Shown piece after piece: positions 54,090-64,000 of a stretch of DNA of 64,000 nt. This DNA is from Nitrosopumilaceae archaeon (GTDB lineage: Archaea > Thermoproteota > Nitrososphaeria > Nitrososphaerales > Nitrosopumilaceae). Made by a program: the position numbers and the translations under genes. The stretch spans positions 800,001 to 864,000 of the forward strand of contig OZ242376.1 of NCBI GenBank assembly GCA_965209085.1, written 5' to 3'. The stretch's first letter is position 1; each line of letters opens with the position of its first letter. A model generated the notes under the pieces. It was given only the letters and a program-made list of their open reading frames with translations. It did no database searches and was not told where the DNA came from.

Positions 54090-55434
54090 GAGTTCATGCA
54101 TAATCAACTGCAAAGACATACGGTTCTGACTATGACACTGTCATGATCAAAGTACACATGACCTAAAACCTTCAAGCAGACAACAAAACAAATCAAAATG
54201 TCACATACATGACAGCAGAATATTATGCGTGACTGTATGCACAAAGATGTGCTACTTGATTTGAGGGCAGACTTTTTCCAACGGTTCGATATACTTGCGA
54301 TCCTTTAACATGATGTGCAGGTTGGTCAGTCCTGTAACCACTTGGATTTCTGTATAAAACGCATCCATTGTATCATCATATATGGCACTCATTCTACGGA
54401 ACCATTTGAGCCGGTTTATGGCATGCTCTACTTTTATGCGCTTACGACTGATTCTCTTGCTGTATTCGCGTTCTGTCTCTGTCAATCCTCTGCCCTTTGG
54501 TTTTTTGTACGGTTGCTTTGAGATAATTCCAGGATAGTCTTTTTCCACGGACAAGTATCCCTTGTCAGTATATAGCATAATTTGTCGCTCTTTGTTTGTA
54601 TCCGAATTTTTCATGCCATCGGTCCATTTGCCAAAATTTGGCGGATTACGTCGCAGTACCTCCATGTCATGTACTGAGCCCTCTTCGGGTCCGCCAATGT
54701 CAAGTACCAGCCCGTCTTTGTTTGAGGTTATCTATACGTTGTAGACGTGCCTCTTACGCTTTCCAGAGTATACTACCTCTTGGTTCTCCTGCGGTCTTTG
54801 AACCTGCACAAATGTGGCATCAAGATACAGCTCGTCACCGCCCCTGCCTGATGCGAATTTTTTAAACGACTCGATGGTACGCTCTTCCCGTATCGCAGCA
54901 CCAACATTCTCAGCTGTTGGAAGAATATTCATCAACAGCTCATCAGCAAATACCAGATATCTGCGGATGGTACTCTGATCAACGCCTGCAATGGCTGCAA
55001 GCATTTCCTGTTTGGGGTTATTGCGCTTGCGGCATAGTGCGACAAACAAAATTTGTGGTGCAGTAAGAATACAGGTGTTTCCCGGATCGTCGACATATTC
55101 TGAAAAGCGAGGGGTTTCTGGCGAGTCTTCAACGGCATTTATGAACCGTTCCTGAATCCATTCAAATTCTTCACGATCCATTCCAGTCATCCCGTATAGA
55201 TAATTGTCATCATCAACCATATGGTTCAAGTATTCATAAGCAGATTGTTTTTCGGTCTTATCCCCATCTATCATTTTTTTGTAGCGTTGGTTTTCTGCTT
55301 CAAGTTTGGAGATTCTTTTTTCCAACTTGGAGATTATACGTTTGTCTGTAGCACACATGCTGTGTGATTGTAATACTTGATCATAGATCTTTCGATTTGC
55401 CAAAATTGATTTTTTGGTTAATATGCATAAACTC
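54090..55434 (-). mobile_element. IS5/ISL2-like element, copy 3; transposase with a CAG>TAG nonsense codon at 54732
   Basis: IRs GAGTTCATGCATAA / ATATGCATAAACTC. The two ORFs are in frame across the stop. Confidence 0.92.
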
Positions 55435-56439
55435 TAATGCAAGCAGTCATGTCAAAGACAGAAAAGAGATATCAAAAATATATCTTGTAAGCATGGTCAA
55501 ATACCAAAACATATCCATAGCTAAAGCTTCTGAATTATTGATGAAAAGCTACAACTGGGGCAAAGAATGCATGCAACGATATGACGAGCTTGGATTAGAC
55601 GGTCTTAAAACCCTGCCCAAATCGGGCAGGCCTTTATTATTATCAAATATACGATTTAAAAAAATCATTGACATGGCAAGACGAGAGAACGGTTCAGTTG
55701 ATCCAAAACAGGTGATGCACAACATTAAACACAAAACCGGAGTAAAATATCACATATCAAATATCAGAAAAAGACTCCACAAATTCTCATTTGTCAGCAA
55801 GGCTCCAAAAAGAATTCATGTCAATGCAGCGCCGGCATCAGTCTGCTACAACTGGTCGCAAAACACTAGGCGTCAAATACGCCTACTTGAAGAGCGTGGA
55901 TTTGCAGTAGGCGTTCAGGATGAATGTATAATAAAATACGATTCATTATCCGGCAAGAAACTCTGGATTGAAATAAGCAAAAATTGTTACGTAAAATCCA
56001 CAGGTTCTCACAAAAAAGTTGTTGTCTTTGGAGTACTCTTATCGGATAGCAGGCAGATGTTTGCAAACTATGATTTGTTTGATGCAAAATCATTTCTCAA
56101 GTTTTTAAAAATGGCTCATCAAAAATTTGGAAAAATTTGCATGATTACGGATAGAGCTGCACAACACAGAAAATCCAAAATTATTAAAAAATATATATCT
56201 GAGAATAAAGATGAGGTAAAGCTTTTGTTTTTCCCTACAAGTTCACCGTTTCTGAGTGCCGTTGAAGAATGCTGGCATCAGGCCAAACGTGCGTTGGTCG
56301 TCTCTGAATATTATGAAACATTTGAGAATATGAAATATGCAATTTCAGAATATTTTAGAACTGTACGATTCAAAGTATCAATAATGGATTTTATTATGAG
56401 AAAAGCTGTAGATTGCAGTTACTTTTGATCCGCAGTATA
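55435..56439 (+). mobile_element. IS630-family element (lineage C), 5' end removed at the IS5 junction
   Basis: Motifs SGRP, QDEC, TDRAAQH and FPTSSPFLSAVEECW. The first 24 aa of the listed ORF derive from IS5. Confidence 0.85.
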
Positions 56440-57780
56440 TCCATGTGCCTCTTTTTTAAGTATTTCATGCGTTTTTCCATATTTTTGTACAGTATCCACT
56501 AGGGGCTATTTTTCCAATTAAAGAATGAGAGACATATATCCATTCGGGGCATTATCCCCACAACCATCTTCATCCACTTGTTAGAGCTTACCGCAGTTAC
56601 AATCTCGGAGCACTATCTCCATATACTGCGCCGCGGCCGTGCAACTAACTGTAATTTTGTTCAAAATCCCGATTCTCCTTTAGTAACCAGTAAATCACCT
56701 TTAGCATTTTTCCAGCTGCTGCAACTGCAGCCTTGGAGTTTCCTCTCTTTCTTGCAAGCCGCTTGTAAAATATTGAAATGTCACTTTTTGGTGCATGTAG
56801 TACGTGCGAGCGTATTGCCTCAACTAGAACCCACCTGAGCATTCTGCTTCCTCTTTTTGTTATGTGTCCATGATGTACGAGATTGGCAGAATTGCGGACC
56901 GATGGTGCAAGTCCTGCGTATGATTTTAGCTTTTCAGGATCAGAGAATCTCTCAACATTATCAATCTCAGATGCAATCGTTAATGCCGTAAAATCTGCAA
57001 TTCCGGGGACAGTTTTGAGTATATCGGCATACCGGCTTGTACGTGCACTCTTGTAGATCAGTACATTGGCTTTTTGTATCTGATTATCATAAAGGCCAAT
57101 GGATGCAAGAAAACCGTCTATTCGATAGTCGTTTATGGCTTAAAGGCTTGCAATGTATTTGTACGAAAACGTACGTCCTGGAATTTTAATTCCTTTTTGG
57201 AGCAGTATTCCATGTATGGAATTTTTCATATTTGTTCTCGCCTGTACAAGTTTGTGCCTGTATCGGACCAGTTGTCTTTGCTCTACAATCTTTTTACCTG
57301 GAACATAGCACTCGTTGATATATCCTCCTCGCAGCAAATTTGCCAAAATTTGCGCATCAACTTTGTCTGTTTTTTTAGTGGATGCGGCAATGGCCTTTGT
57401 CTGATATGGGTTTGAGAGAATCACATCAAGATCCAGTCTGTCGGTCATGTATCGGAACAGTCCGTACCAGACAGATGATGACTCCATTACCATCTTTGAA
57501 CCCTCGGGTATGCTTATTTGGAAAAACTTTCTAATGTCCGCGTGTCTGTTTTCAACACGCGTGTTTAAGATCAGTTTGCCTTTGCCGTCAATTGCTGCTA
57601 TCTGGAGAAATTCTTTATGGGCGTCAATTCCAACAAACATGGACTTGCTCTTAAACACCCTAGTGTTTTTGTTTGCATTTTGAGCTTTGTTTTTGGGCTT
57701 GCGTTTGTTGACTGATACGGATTTATCATTTAAGCAACATCTGAATTCCTTGATTTCTTGGGCACATATGGTTAGAGTAT
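56440..57780 (-). mobile_element. IS110-family element; recombinase ~57640-56645 with a single +1 frameshift at ~57141
   Basis: DEDD RuvC motifs (VGIDAHK, MES, KTDKVDA). After the shift it reads TVPGIA..IASEI..RF..SYAGLAPSVRNS..GHITKRGSRMLRWVLVEA. Boundaries are approximate. Confidence 0.88.
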
Positions 57781-57799
57781 GCACTTACGACATATGCGG

Positions 57800-58095
57800 C
57801 AGAAAATCTGGTACAAGAATATCTGTTTTCATCTAGAATAGATTTTTACATTGATCAAAAAGACAAAGAAAAATGGCATAACATTCTGACGCAAGATGGT
57901 CTTGTTGGGAAAGGAAATGTACGAATGTTAATTGCCGATAATCATATTTTTTACAATTCGTTTGAAAAAAATGGATTCAAAACGGTATCAATACCGCAGC
58001 TTGTTGTAGATCTCTTACGTGAAGGGGGACCATGTGCAGAGGCAGCAGAGATGTTGATAAAAAAAGAAGAGGCAAAAATTGTACACAGAAAATAA
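57800..58095 (+). pseudogene. Degraded C-terminus of an AbiEi-like antitoxin
   Basis: Ends KTVSIPQLVVDLLREGGPCAEAAEMLI and overlaps the NTase start. The upstream part has stops and abuts IS110. Confidence 0.45.
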
Positions 58096-58861
58096 AACCA
58101 CCATATCAAAATCAAATCTTTTGACTGTGATCTCAAATATGGACAAACCTGTATGTTTACTTGGCGGCTAGGCTGTCTATATTTCCGTTAATCAAAATTT
58201 TAAAGACACACACGGGAGTAATTATATAGGTTCTAGAGATATTGATCTTGGTTTTCATATGGATAAAACCTGGACCGATGCAGATCTAAAAAAATCTGCA
58301 TTTTTCAAATCAATTAAAATTCTAAAAGACATGAAATACTATGAAATCGGTTCACGTTTTGTACAACACCACGATCTTGAAACAAAACGTCTTTTAACAG
58401 AAACCGAATATAAATCTCGGCCAATTTATGATATGTTTGATTTGTTTGTTGATCCAATAGTGGACACAATACATCCAAGAACAAAGGCGTTATTTGGAAT
58501 TGATCCAATTGATGAACCCTTGCTTGCAAGTGTTTTTAGAAACAACCATGTTACAATGTCTGATTATCTTGGGGAAAAAATAATGTTGCCTAATCTGGAG
58601 ATGTTAATATCCATGAAAATAAATTCTGTATTAAATCGAAATAAAAACGATAAGAGAATAAAAGATATTGCTGACATTTATTCTCTCACATGGCATTCAA
58701 ATAAAAAATTCCAATACTTGAAACATAAAGTTCAAAAAATGTGCACCAACATCGCGGTTATCTCTGATTTCACTGATCATGACTATGATGAAGTTTCTAG
58801 AATACTCTCCATAGAAAGAGATGAAATTTCAAGAGTAATTACAGAACTGGCAAAAAAATAA
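58079..58861 (+). pseudogene. AbiEii-like nucleotidyltransferase with an in-frame TAG at 58169
   Basis: From TTG 58079 it reads MYTENK...VCLLGG*AVY...GSRDIDLGFH, in frame with ORF 58259-58861 (MKI..R..KRIKDIADIY). Confidence 0.7.
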
Positions 58862-58942
58862 CCACATTTGAAATCAAAGATGGTGTCCACTTATCAGCAT
58901 ACCATAGTAAATGAACTGGACGGATCTAACTTACAGCGGATC

Positions 58943-59400
58943 TATATCCGCAAGCATAAATTCGTTTAAAAATCCACCATTACACAATAGCAACGTTTTT
59001 TGATCACGACATCGGAACCAATTCATGCAAGTTAGCAATGAGGATCTCATCCAGGCCTATAATGACTGCAAAGATTCTCACGTAGAAAAAAGACTGCATG
59101 CGATGTGTCTGATGCAGATACGCGGCTATGACATAAAAGAAACCGCAGATCTTGTATTCTGAACATACCCGTGTGCATAAATGGCATAATCGATACGAAA
59201 AATACAGACTCAAAGGCCTGGAGGAAAGGTTCAGATGCGGACGGCCGCCAAAAATTCCACCATACACCCTGATGCAAATAAAAAAAGAATTTACAAAAAT
59301 CAGAACCGTTACACTTCAAAAGACGGTCCGCGATTATATCAAAACTGTAACAGGTCGAGGCGATGATCAATACAGGCCATAGATTTGTAGGTGTCTTATC
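58943..59400 (+). mobile_element. IS630 lineage A, degraded left-end fragment
   Basis: IR TATATCCGCAAGCATAAATTCGTTTAAAAAT; similar to the 5' part of copy 1. Confidence 0.85.
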
Positions 59401-59679
59401 TGATGGCAGAATAATTTTAGAAAAATCATCAAAATTATATCACTGCGATCAGGCGATCAAAGAAAAAAAACATGCAACAAGTTGCAGATTTGAGCTCTGG
59501 AGGGAATGGACCGGATGGGGTCTGAAACCATAGTGGGTTCAAACCACAAAGACGTACAATGAGGCAGAAGGCTATTGGGGTGCCGTCACATCCATTCTTT
59601 TTTATCCAATTCGATCAGATCTTGCCACAAATGCAACTTTCACATATACAATTAAATTGTATAATGATCATTTAGTACT

Positions 59680-59838
59680 ATGTCAAATGAAATGATGTGT
59701 CGTGTTCCTGTACGATGTAAAAATGATAATAGTACTTATGTACTCTCCTTTCCTAAAGGTGAGGATCAAACACGGATTGAATCTATTGCATGTGAAAAAT
59801 GTGGTCGTATGACATTAATAATGGATCTTTACCCGTAA
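59680..59838 (+). CDS. Small putative Zn-ribbon protein (52 aa; not in the ORF track)
   Basis: Translates MSNEMMCRVPVRCKNDNSTYVLSFPKGEDQTRIESIACEKCGRMTLIMDLYP, with an AT-rich TATA-like region upstream. Confidence 0.5.
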   Translation: MSNEMMCRVPVRCKNDNSTYVLSFPKGEDQTRIESIACEKCGRMTLIMDLYP

Positions 59839-60007
59839 AAACCATAATAAAAAGATCCGTATTTCAACTTTCATCTTAGATCTCGACAACCGAGATCTAA
59901 ATAACTTGAATCTTGAGATCTATATTCTTGATTGATGCCTAGACGTCGACAAGTTTTCTGGATCTATGATAATCATGTTTAAAAACACATCATACAATTA
60001 ATTGTGA

Positions 60008-62173
60008 ATGTCCAATACAGATGATGAATTTTTATTTATAAATACTACAAAAAATACTAAAAAAAGATTTAAACCTGGGGGAGGTTACAGTGAACCAATC
60101 ATGGAAAATCTTCCCTTTGATGATCCGGATCTATCTGAACGGGAAAAACAATCTGTTGAAGATCAACTAAATGATACCATAATAACATTAAGACAAAAAA
60201 TAATAAAAGAAGATAATGAAATTTTTTATGAGATATATCTAAAACCAAAAATAAATCATCCGGATACACCAGAAGTACTAAATGGTCTTAAATCAAATGT
60301 TATTGGATATTTAGATCATAAACATCATGGATTGGTAATGTCGGGATCCATGGAAAAATTAGAATTTTTTTATAAAAAAATATTAAATAATAATCTTCCA
60401 AAATATTTGAAAGATAATGTCCGTATAATAAAACCCATGACAGAAAATAAACAAATTGATGATGCAATTCTTCGTGTGGATGATAATCAAATGTTGCTTT
60501 TTTTAATAATGCCGAACCTTGATGATTTGAAAAAAAATATATATGTACAACATTTGCGAACATTTTTTAATGAAAATAATTGCCGTACATATTATGACGA
60601 ACTACATAAATTGGGATTCATATTGGCTGATGCTACATATAAAATTGCTCGTAAATTATTGAAAGAATCAACATTTATTTTTAAAGTGAATCTAATTCCT
60701 AAAGGAGTTGCACATGAATTACGTGAACATGCGCACACTTCATCAACAAGTCCTGCCAAAATTACATCAAAAGTAGATGACACTCTCTCAAAAATTGTAT
60801 TGTTAGATAGTGGTGTAACTCCTATATCTAATCTGAACTCAATACTTGTAGAACGTAGCTCATTCATAAATGATGATCCTGATGATTATTTTGGAATTCA
60901 TGGTCATGGAACGCCGATTGCCAATCTTATCGCATTTGGTGATGAAGAAGAAAACCTTGTCCCTGACGCGAATATAATTTCATACAAAATTTGGTCTGAC
61001 GAAACAAATAGTACCAAATCTCAAGCATTCCTAGGGATGATCGACGGTATAGAAAAATATGCCAAACAATCTAGATTGTTCATTTCATCAATAGGGATTC
61101 CAAATTTGAACAATTATGAATTACAATTGCTCAATGAACGTATTCAACATTATAACATTTGTTTTGTCGCAGCATCTGGCAACATTTCACTTGAAGATAT
61201 CCAACAATCTCTTGTATCTCAAAACTCATATCCTGACTATTTGACTAAATTCCCAGTAACACATCCTGCAAGTGCGTTAAACATAGTCGCAGTTGGTTCA
61301 ATTGCAAGAAAAACTGTAAACGATGGAAATCGTAAATCATTGGCATCCGTAAATGAAGTTTCACCACATTCAAGATGTGGCACATATGGTATTTTTGAGT
61401 GTAAAAAACCTCAAGTTGTTGAACATGGTGGAAATGTAAACATTTGTGAATATAAAGTTGATGATGCAGATACTGGCGTTGATACCATAAACCGTATGGG
61501 TAATCATGTTTCATTATCTGGATCAAGCTTTTCTGCGCCATTATTTATTAGAAAATTATCGCATATTGAGAATTGTTACAAAAACAAAATTTCGAATGCT
61601 GAAACAATATTATCAATATCATATTTATCATGCACACCATCTAACTCCCCTTGTGCCGGATATGGAATACCACATATGTTTTCAAAATCTGATCACAATT
61701 CTGCTGTTTTTGTAACTGAAGATACAATAAAATTTCCACAAGTTACAGATACTGAAATAATTACCACTACATACGATATTATAATCCCTGTACCAAAAGA
61801 TATTGTTTCTATTAAATTCTGTATTTGCCATTCTGATGATTCGTATAAATCAATTACACCTACTCTTGAAACCACCTTGGATGTTGATACAACAAATATC
61901 CACAACGGTGCTAAAATCCTTCATCAATTAGGGGATCCGTGTGCTAAAACTAATGTTAAAATATTAGAATTTATATGTAATGTTGCAAACACTCAATCAA
62001 AATGGAAATTTTCTCTTAAACCTAAAATAATTAATGATATACTTGTCAAAGATAAAAGAGATATTAATATTCGATTTGGCTGCGCGATATTATTAGAACG
62101 TAAAAAAATGACTCAAGTTGATAAATCTTTAACAAAAACGCTTATTGATAAAATTGGGTCGAATGCTAATTGA
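60008..62173 (+). CDS. Cytoplasmic S8 subtilisin-like serine protease (IetS/Y4bN-like)
   Basis: Triad LLDSG / HGHGTPIA / SGSSFSAP, oxyanion ASGN and KPQVVEHGGN. Long N-terminal region and no signal peptide. Confidence 0.88.
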   Translation: MSNTDDEFLFINTTKNTKKRFKPGGGYSEPIMENLPFDDPDLSEREKQSVEDQLNDTIITLRQKIIKEDNEIFYEIYLKPKINHPDTPEVLNGLKSNVIGYLDHKHHGLVMSGSMEKLEFFYKKILNNNLPKYLKDNVRIIKPMTENKQIDDAILRVDDNQMLLFLIMPNLDDLKKNIYVQHLRTFFNENNCRTYYDELHKLGFILADATYKIARKLLKESTFIFKVNLIPKGVAHELREHAHTSSTSPAKITSKVDDTLSKIVLLDSGVTPISNLNSILVERSSFINDDPDDYFGIHGHGTPIANLIAFGDEEENLVPDANIISYKIWSDETNSTKSQAFLGMIDGIEKYAKQSRLFISSIGIPNLNNYELQLLNERIQHYNICFVAASGNISLEDIQQSLVSQNSYPDYLTKFPVTHPASALNIVAVGSIARKTVNDGNRKSLASVNEVSPHSRCGTYGIFECKKPQVVEHGGNVNICEYKVDDADTGVDTINRMGNHVSLSGSSFSAPLFIRKLSHIENCYKNKISNAETILSISYLSCTPSNSPCAGYGIPHMFSKSDHNSAVFVTEDTIKFPQVTDTEIITTTYDIIIPVPKDIVSIKFCICHSDDSYKSITPTLETTLDVDTTNIHNGAKILHQLGDPCAKTNVKILEFICNVANTQSKWKFSLKPKIINDILVKDKRDINIRFGCAILLERKKMTQVDKSLTKTLIDKIGSNAN

Positions 62174-62784
62174 CATACGCGCCGAATACATTAACATCAT
62201 GCAAAAAAATTGGTAAATATGAATATGTAATTATGCAAAAATTAGTGTCATTTTTTACAAATAAAAAATATCATGCAATTCCACATGTTCGACTAAATAT
62301 ATCATGGGGTTCTATAATATCTGATATTGATATGTTATTAATCAAAGGTGATACAATTGGAATTGTAGAAATTAAATCATCGCATGATCATCTACAAAAT
62401 GCTAAACGGCAAATTTTGAATATTGTAGATTATGTAGATTTTGCTTACATTGCTACAGATTTTAAACCTAGAAAACTTCCTATTTCTTTAGCTGGTTGGA
62501 TTTATGTCCATGATAAAGTTGTAATTAAAAAATATCCTGAACTAATATCTAAAACCCCTTCTGCTTATTCTATAAACTCATTACCAAAAAAATGCCTTAA
62601 ACGATACTTGAAACATAAAGGTAATTTATCAAATGGTGTTACAAAATATGAATTAACAAATAATATAATGTCGAGCTGTACAAAAAACCTCAAAAATGAA
62701 GTAAAAACAATGGCAACATGTGGTCAAGAATGTGATACAAATTGTCCAATTTGGAATTTTGATACATTTGATCGTACGTCTTAA
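62170..62784 (+). CDS. PD-(D/E)xK nuclease-like protein (sce7726-like) with a Cys-rich tail
   Basis: E(Q)...SDIDML...VEIKSSHDHL...RQ...YVDFAYIA and C-terminal CGQECDTNCP. TTGA overlap with the S8 stop. Confidence 0.7.
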   Translation: MTYAPNTLTSCKKIGKYEYVIMQKLVSFFTNKKYHAIPHVRLNISWGSIISDIDMLLIKGDTIGIVEIKSSHDHLQNAKRQILNIVDYVDFAYIATDFKPRKLPISLAGWIYVHDKVVIKKYPELISKTPSAYSINSLPKKCLKRYLKHKGNLSNGVTKYELTNNIMSSCTKNLKNEVKTMATCGQECDTNCPIWNFDTFDRTS

Positions 62785-64000
62785 TTAATATCTAACCTTT
62801 CAACGATCTTGTCTATATCACAATATTCATTTTTCAAATTTTCTCTTACATTACTTCTCAATTTTCCAATACTTGTAATTGTAAAATGAGGAATTAATTT
62901 TTTTGTTTTTTCTGAACATTTTTTTCCAATTTTTGCTAATTGCATATGCATTGATATTTTTGGGTTAAATTTTGGTATGTTGAATGTTAATGGAAGCTTG
63001 TGTATATTACGTGGTCCAAAACTTCCTTTTGATTGTTCTGGTTTGATTAATTTATCTAGCATATTTGAATTAAGAATTGCAGTTAGATAATGTGCTTCAT
63101 CTTCATCATTCGTATCATAATAATACATTGAAACATCCGTAATGAAATTATTTGTAATAAAGGCCGTTCCATTTATATCGAAAGAATATTTTTGATTTGG
63201 TTCTATTACACTTGCTGTCATATAACTAGCACTACCTACATAAATAACTTTAAATTTCATATCCATTTGTTGATTTGTAAGTTTATTGCGATAGTTTACA
63301 TATTCATATATTGTATATTTTGTAGCTTGTTGACTATTCCCATTCCATAATGTTTCAACATGTTTAAGATATTTCATAGTATCTATATTAAATAAATCTA
63401 TGTTATCATGAAAATTTATAATTTTTATTTTTTTATTTTTAATTACTATTGGTAAAAATAATAATTGTCTTTTTAATATTCCAAATGGAAGCAAACCTGC
63501 AGCAACTACAGTATTAAATAAATATTCTTTTGAAACATTGCCTTCTAATTGAAATTTATTCCATGGTTTATACACAACTTTATTTTTTGCACTAATAATA
63601 TGTGGGTTGGAAGGATTAAATCCTAACAATGAATCTGTTTTAATATTGATAAACCAAAATATTCTTGGAATTAAGTCTGCACCTTTGCTAAACAATTTAT
63701 GATATGGACTATTGTTTTTAATTCTTTGTATTGGTGAATACTGATCTTCAGATTTGATTAATTTTACGTCACTAATATCACATTGTTCATTATTTGATGG
63801 TAGTGTTCCATCATATTTTATTAATTTTACAGGATAATGTGTTTGATAATTTTTTTGGGCTATTATGACACATGAGGGAATTTTAAATAATGGCTTTACA
63901 TTTTTTAAATCATAAATATGATCTAACCTGACCTCTGGCTTTAGAAATTTACGAAATTGTGCATGCTGGGACGAATCCAATATCGATCTAGGCATAACAA
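62781..64000 (-). CDS. C-terminal part (end of MTase plus specificity domain) of a type IIG-like N6-adenine RM enzyme; 5' end outside the window
   Basis: VMPRSIL..QH..FR..LFKIPSCVI and EDEAHYLTAILNS...RNIHK. Confidence 0.75.
   Translation of the reverse strand, partial: VMPRSILDSSQHAQFRKFLKPEVRLDHIYDLKNVKPLFKIPSCVIIAQKNYQTHYPVKLIKYDGTLPSNNEQCDISDVKLIKSEDQYSPIQRIKNNSPYHKLFSKGADLIPRIFWFINIKTDSLLGFNPSNPHIISAKNKVVYKPWNKFQLEGNVSKEYLFNTVVAAGLLPFGILKRQLLFLPIVIKNKKIKIINFHDNIDLFNIDTMKYLKHVETLWNGNSQQATKYTIYEYVNYRNKLTNQQMDMKFKVIYVGSASYMTASVIEPNQKYSFDINGTAFITNNFITDVSMYYYDTNDEDEAHYLTAILNSNMLDKLIKPEQSKGSFGPRNIHKLPLTFNIPKFNPKISMHMQLAKIGKKCSEKTKKLIPHFTITSIGKLRSNVRENLKNEYCDIDKIVERLDIN

Noticed and set aside
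58169-58171. Amber readthrough or pyrrolysine (also the TAG at 54732)
   Set aside because: Both are single-base changes from TGG or CAG, with no pyl machinery in view; simple nonsense mutations are more likely.

Overview
This window looks like the chromosome of an ammonia-oxidising archaeon (Nitrososphaerota, Nitrosopumilaceae-like). A host-associated (e.g. sponge) lineage is inferred from the heavy IS load, the serpin and the secreted repeat proteins. A core block at about 16.6-43.1 kb carries dys, purC, nadX/A/C, spt4, rpoE, mrp, H+-PPase, two leuCD-type pairs, rps9/rpl13/rpl18e/rpoD, ino1, tRNA-Ser and fen1, and is interrupted by an IS-flanked di-myo-inositol-phosphate cassette. Both flanks (1-16.5 kb and 43.2-64 kb) are packed with IS630, IS5, IS3, IS66, IS481-like and IS110 elements, mostly pseudogenised. 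They also hold a MITE, IS-disrupted defence genes and secreted proteins with perfect tandem repeats of N-glycosylation sequons. The most notable items are: (i) an intact AT-rich island at the right end with a translationally coupled S8 subtilase and Cys-tailed PD-(D/E)xK nuclease, next to an RM-type gene, as a candidate new defence system; (ii) a 7-kb IS630-bounded inverted duplication of a surface-protein gene; and (iii) sequon-repeat arrays. All assignments come from reading motifs by eye; no searches were run.
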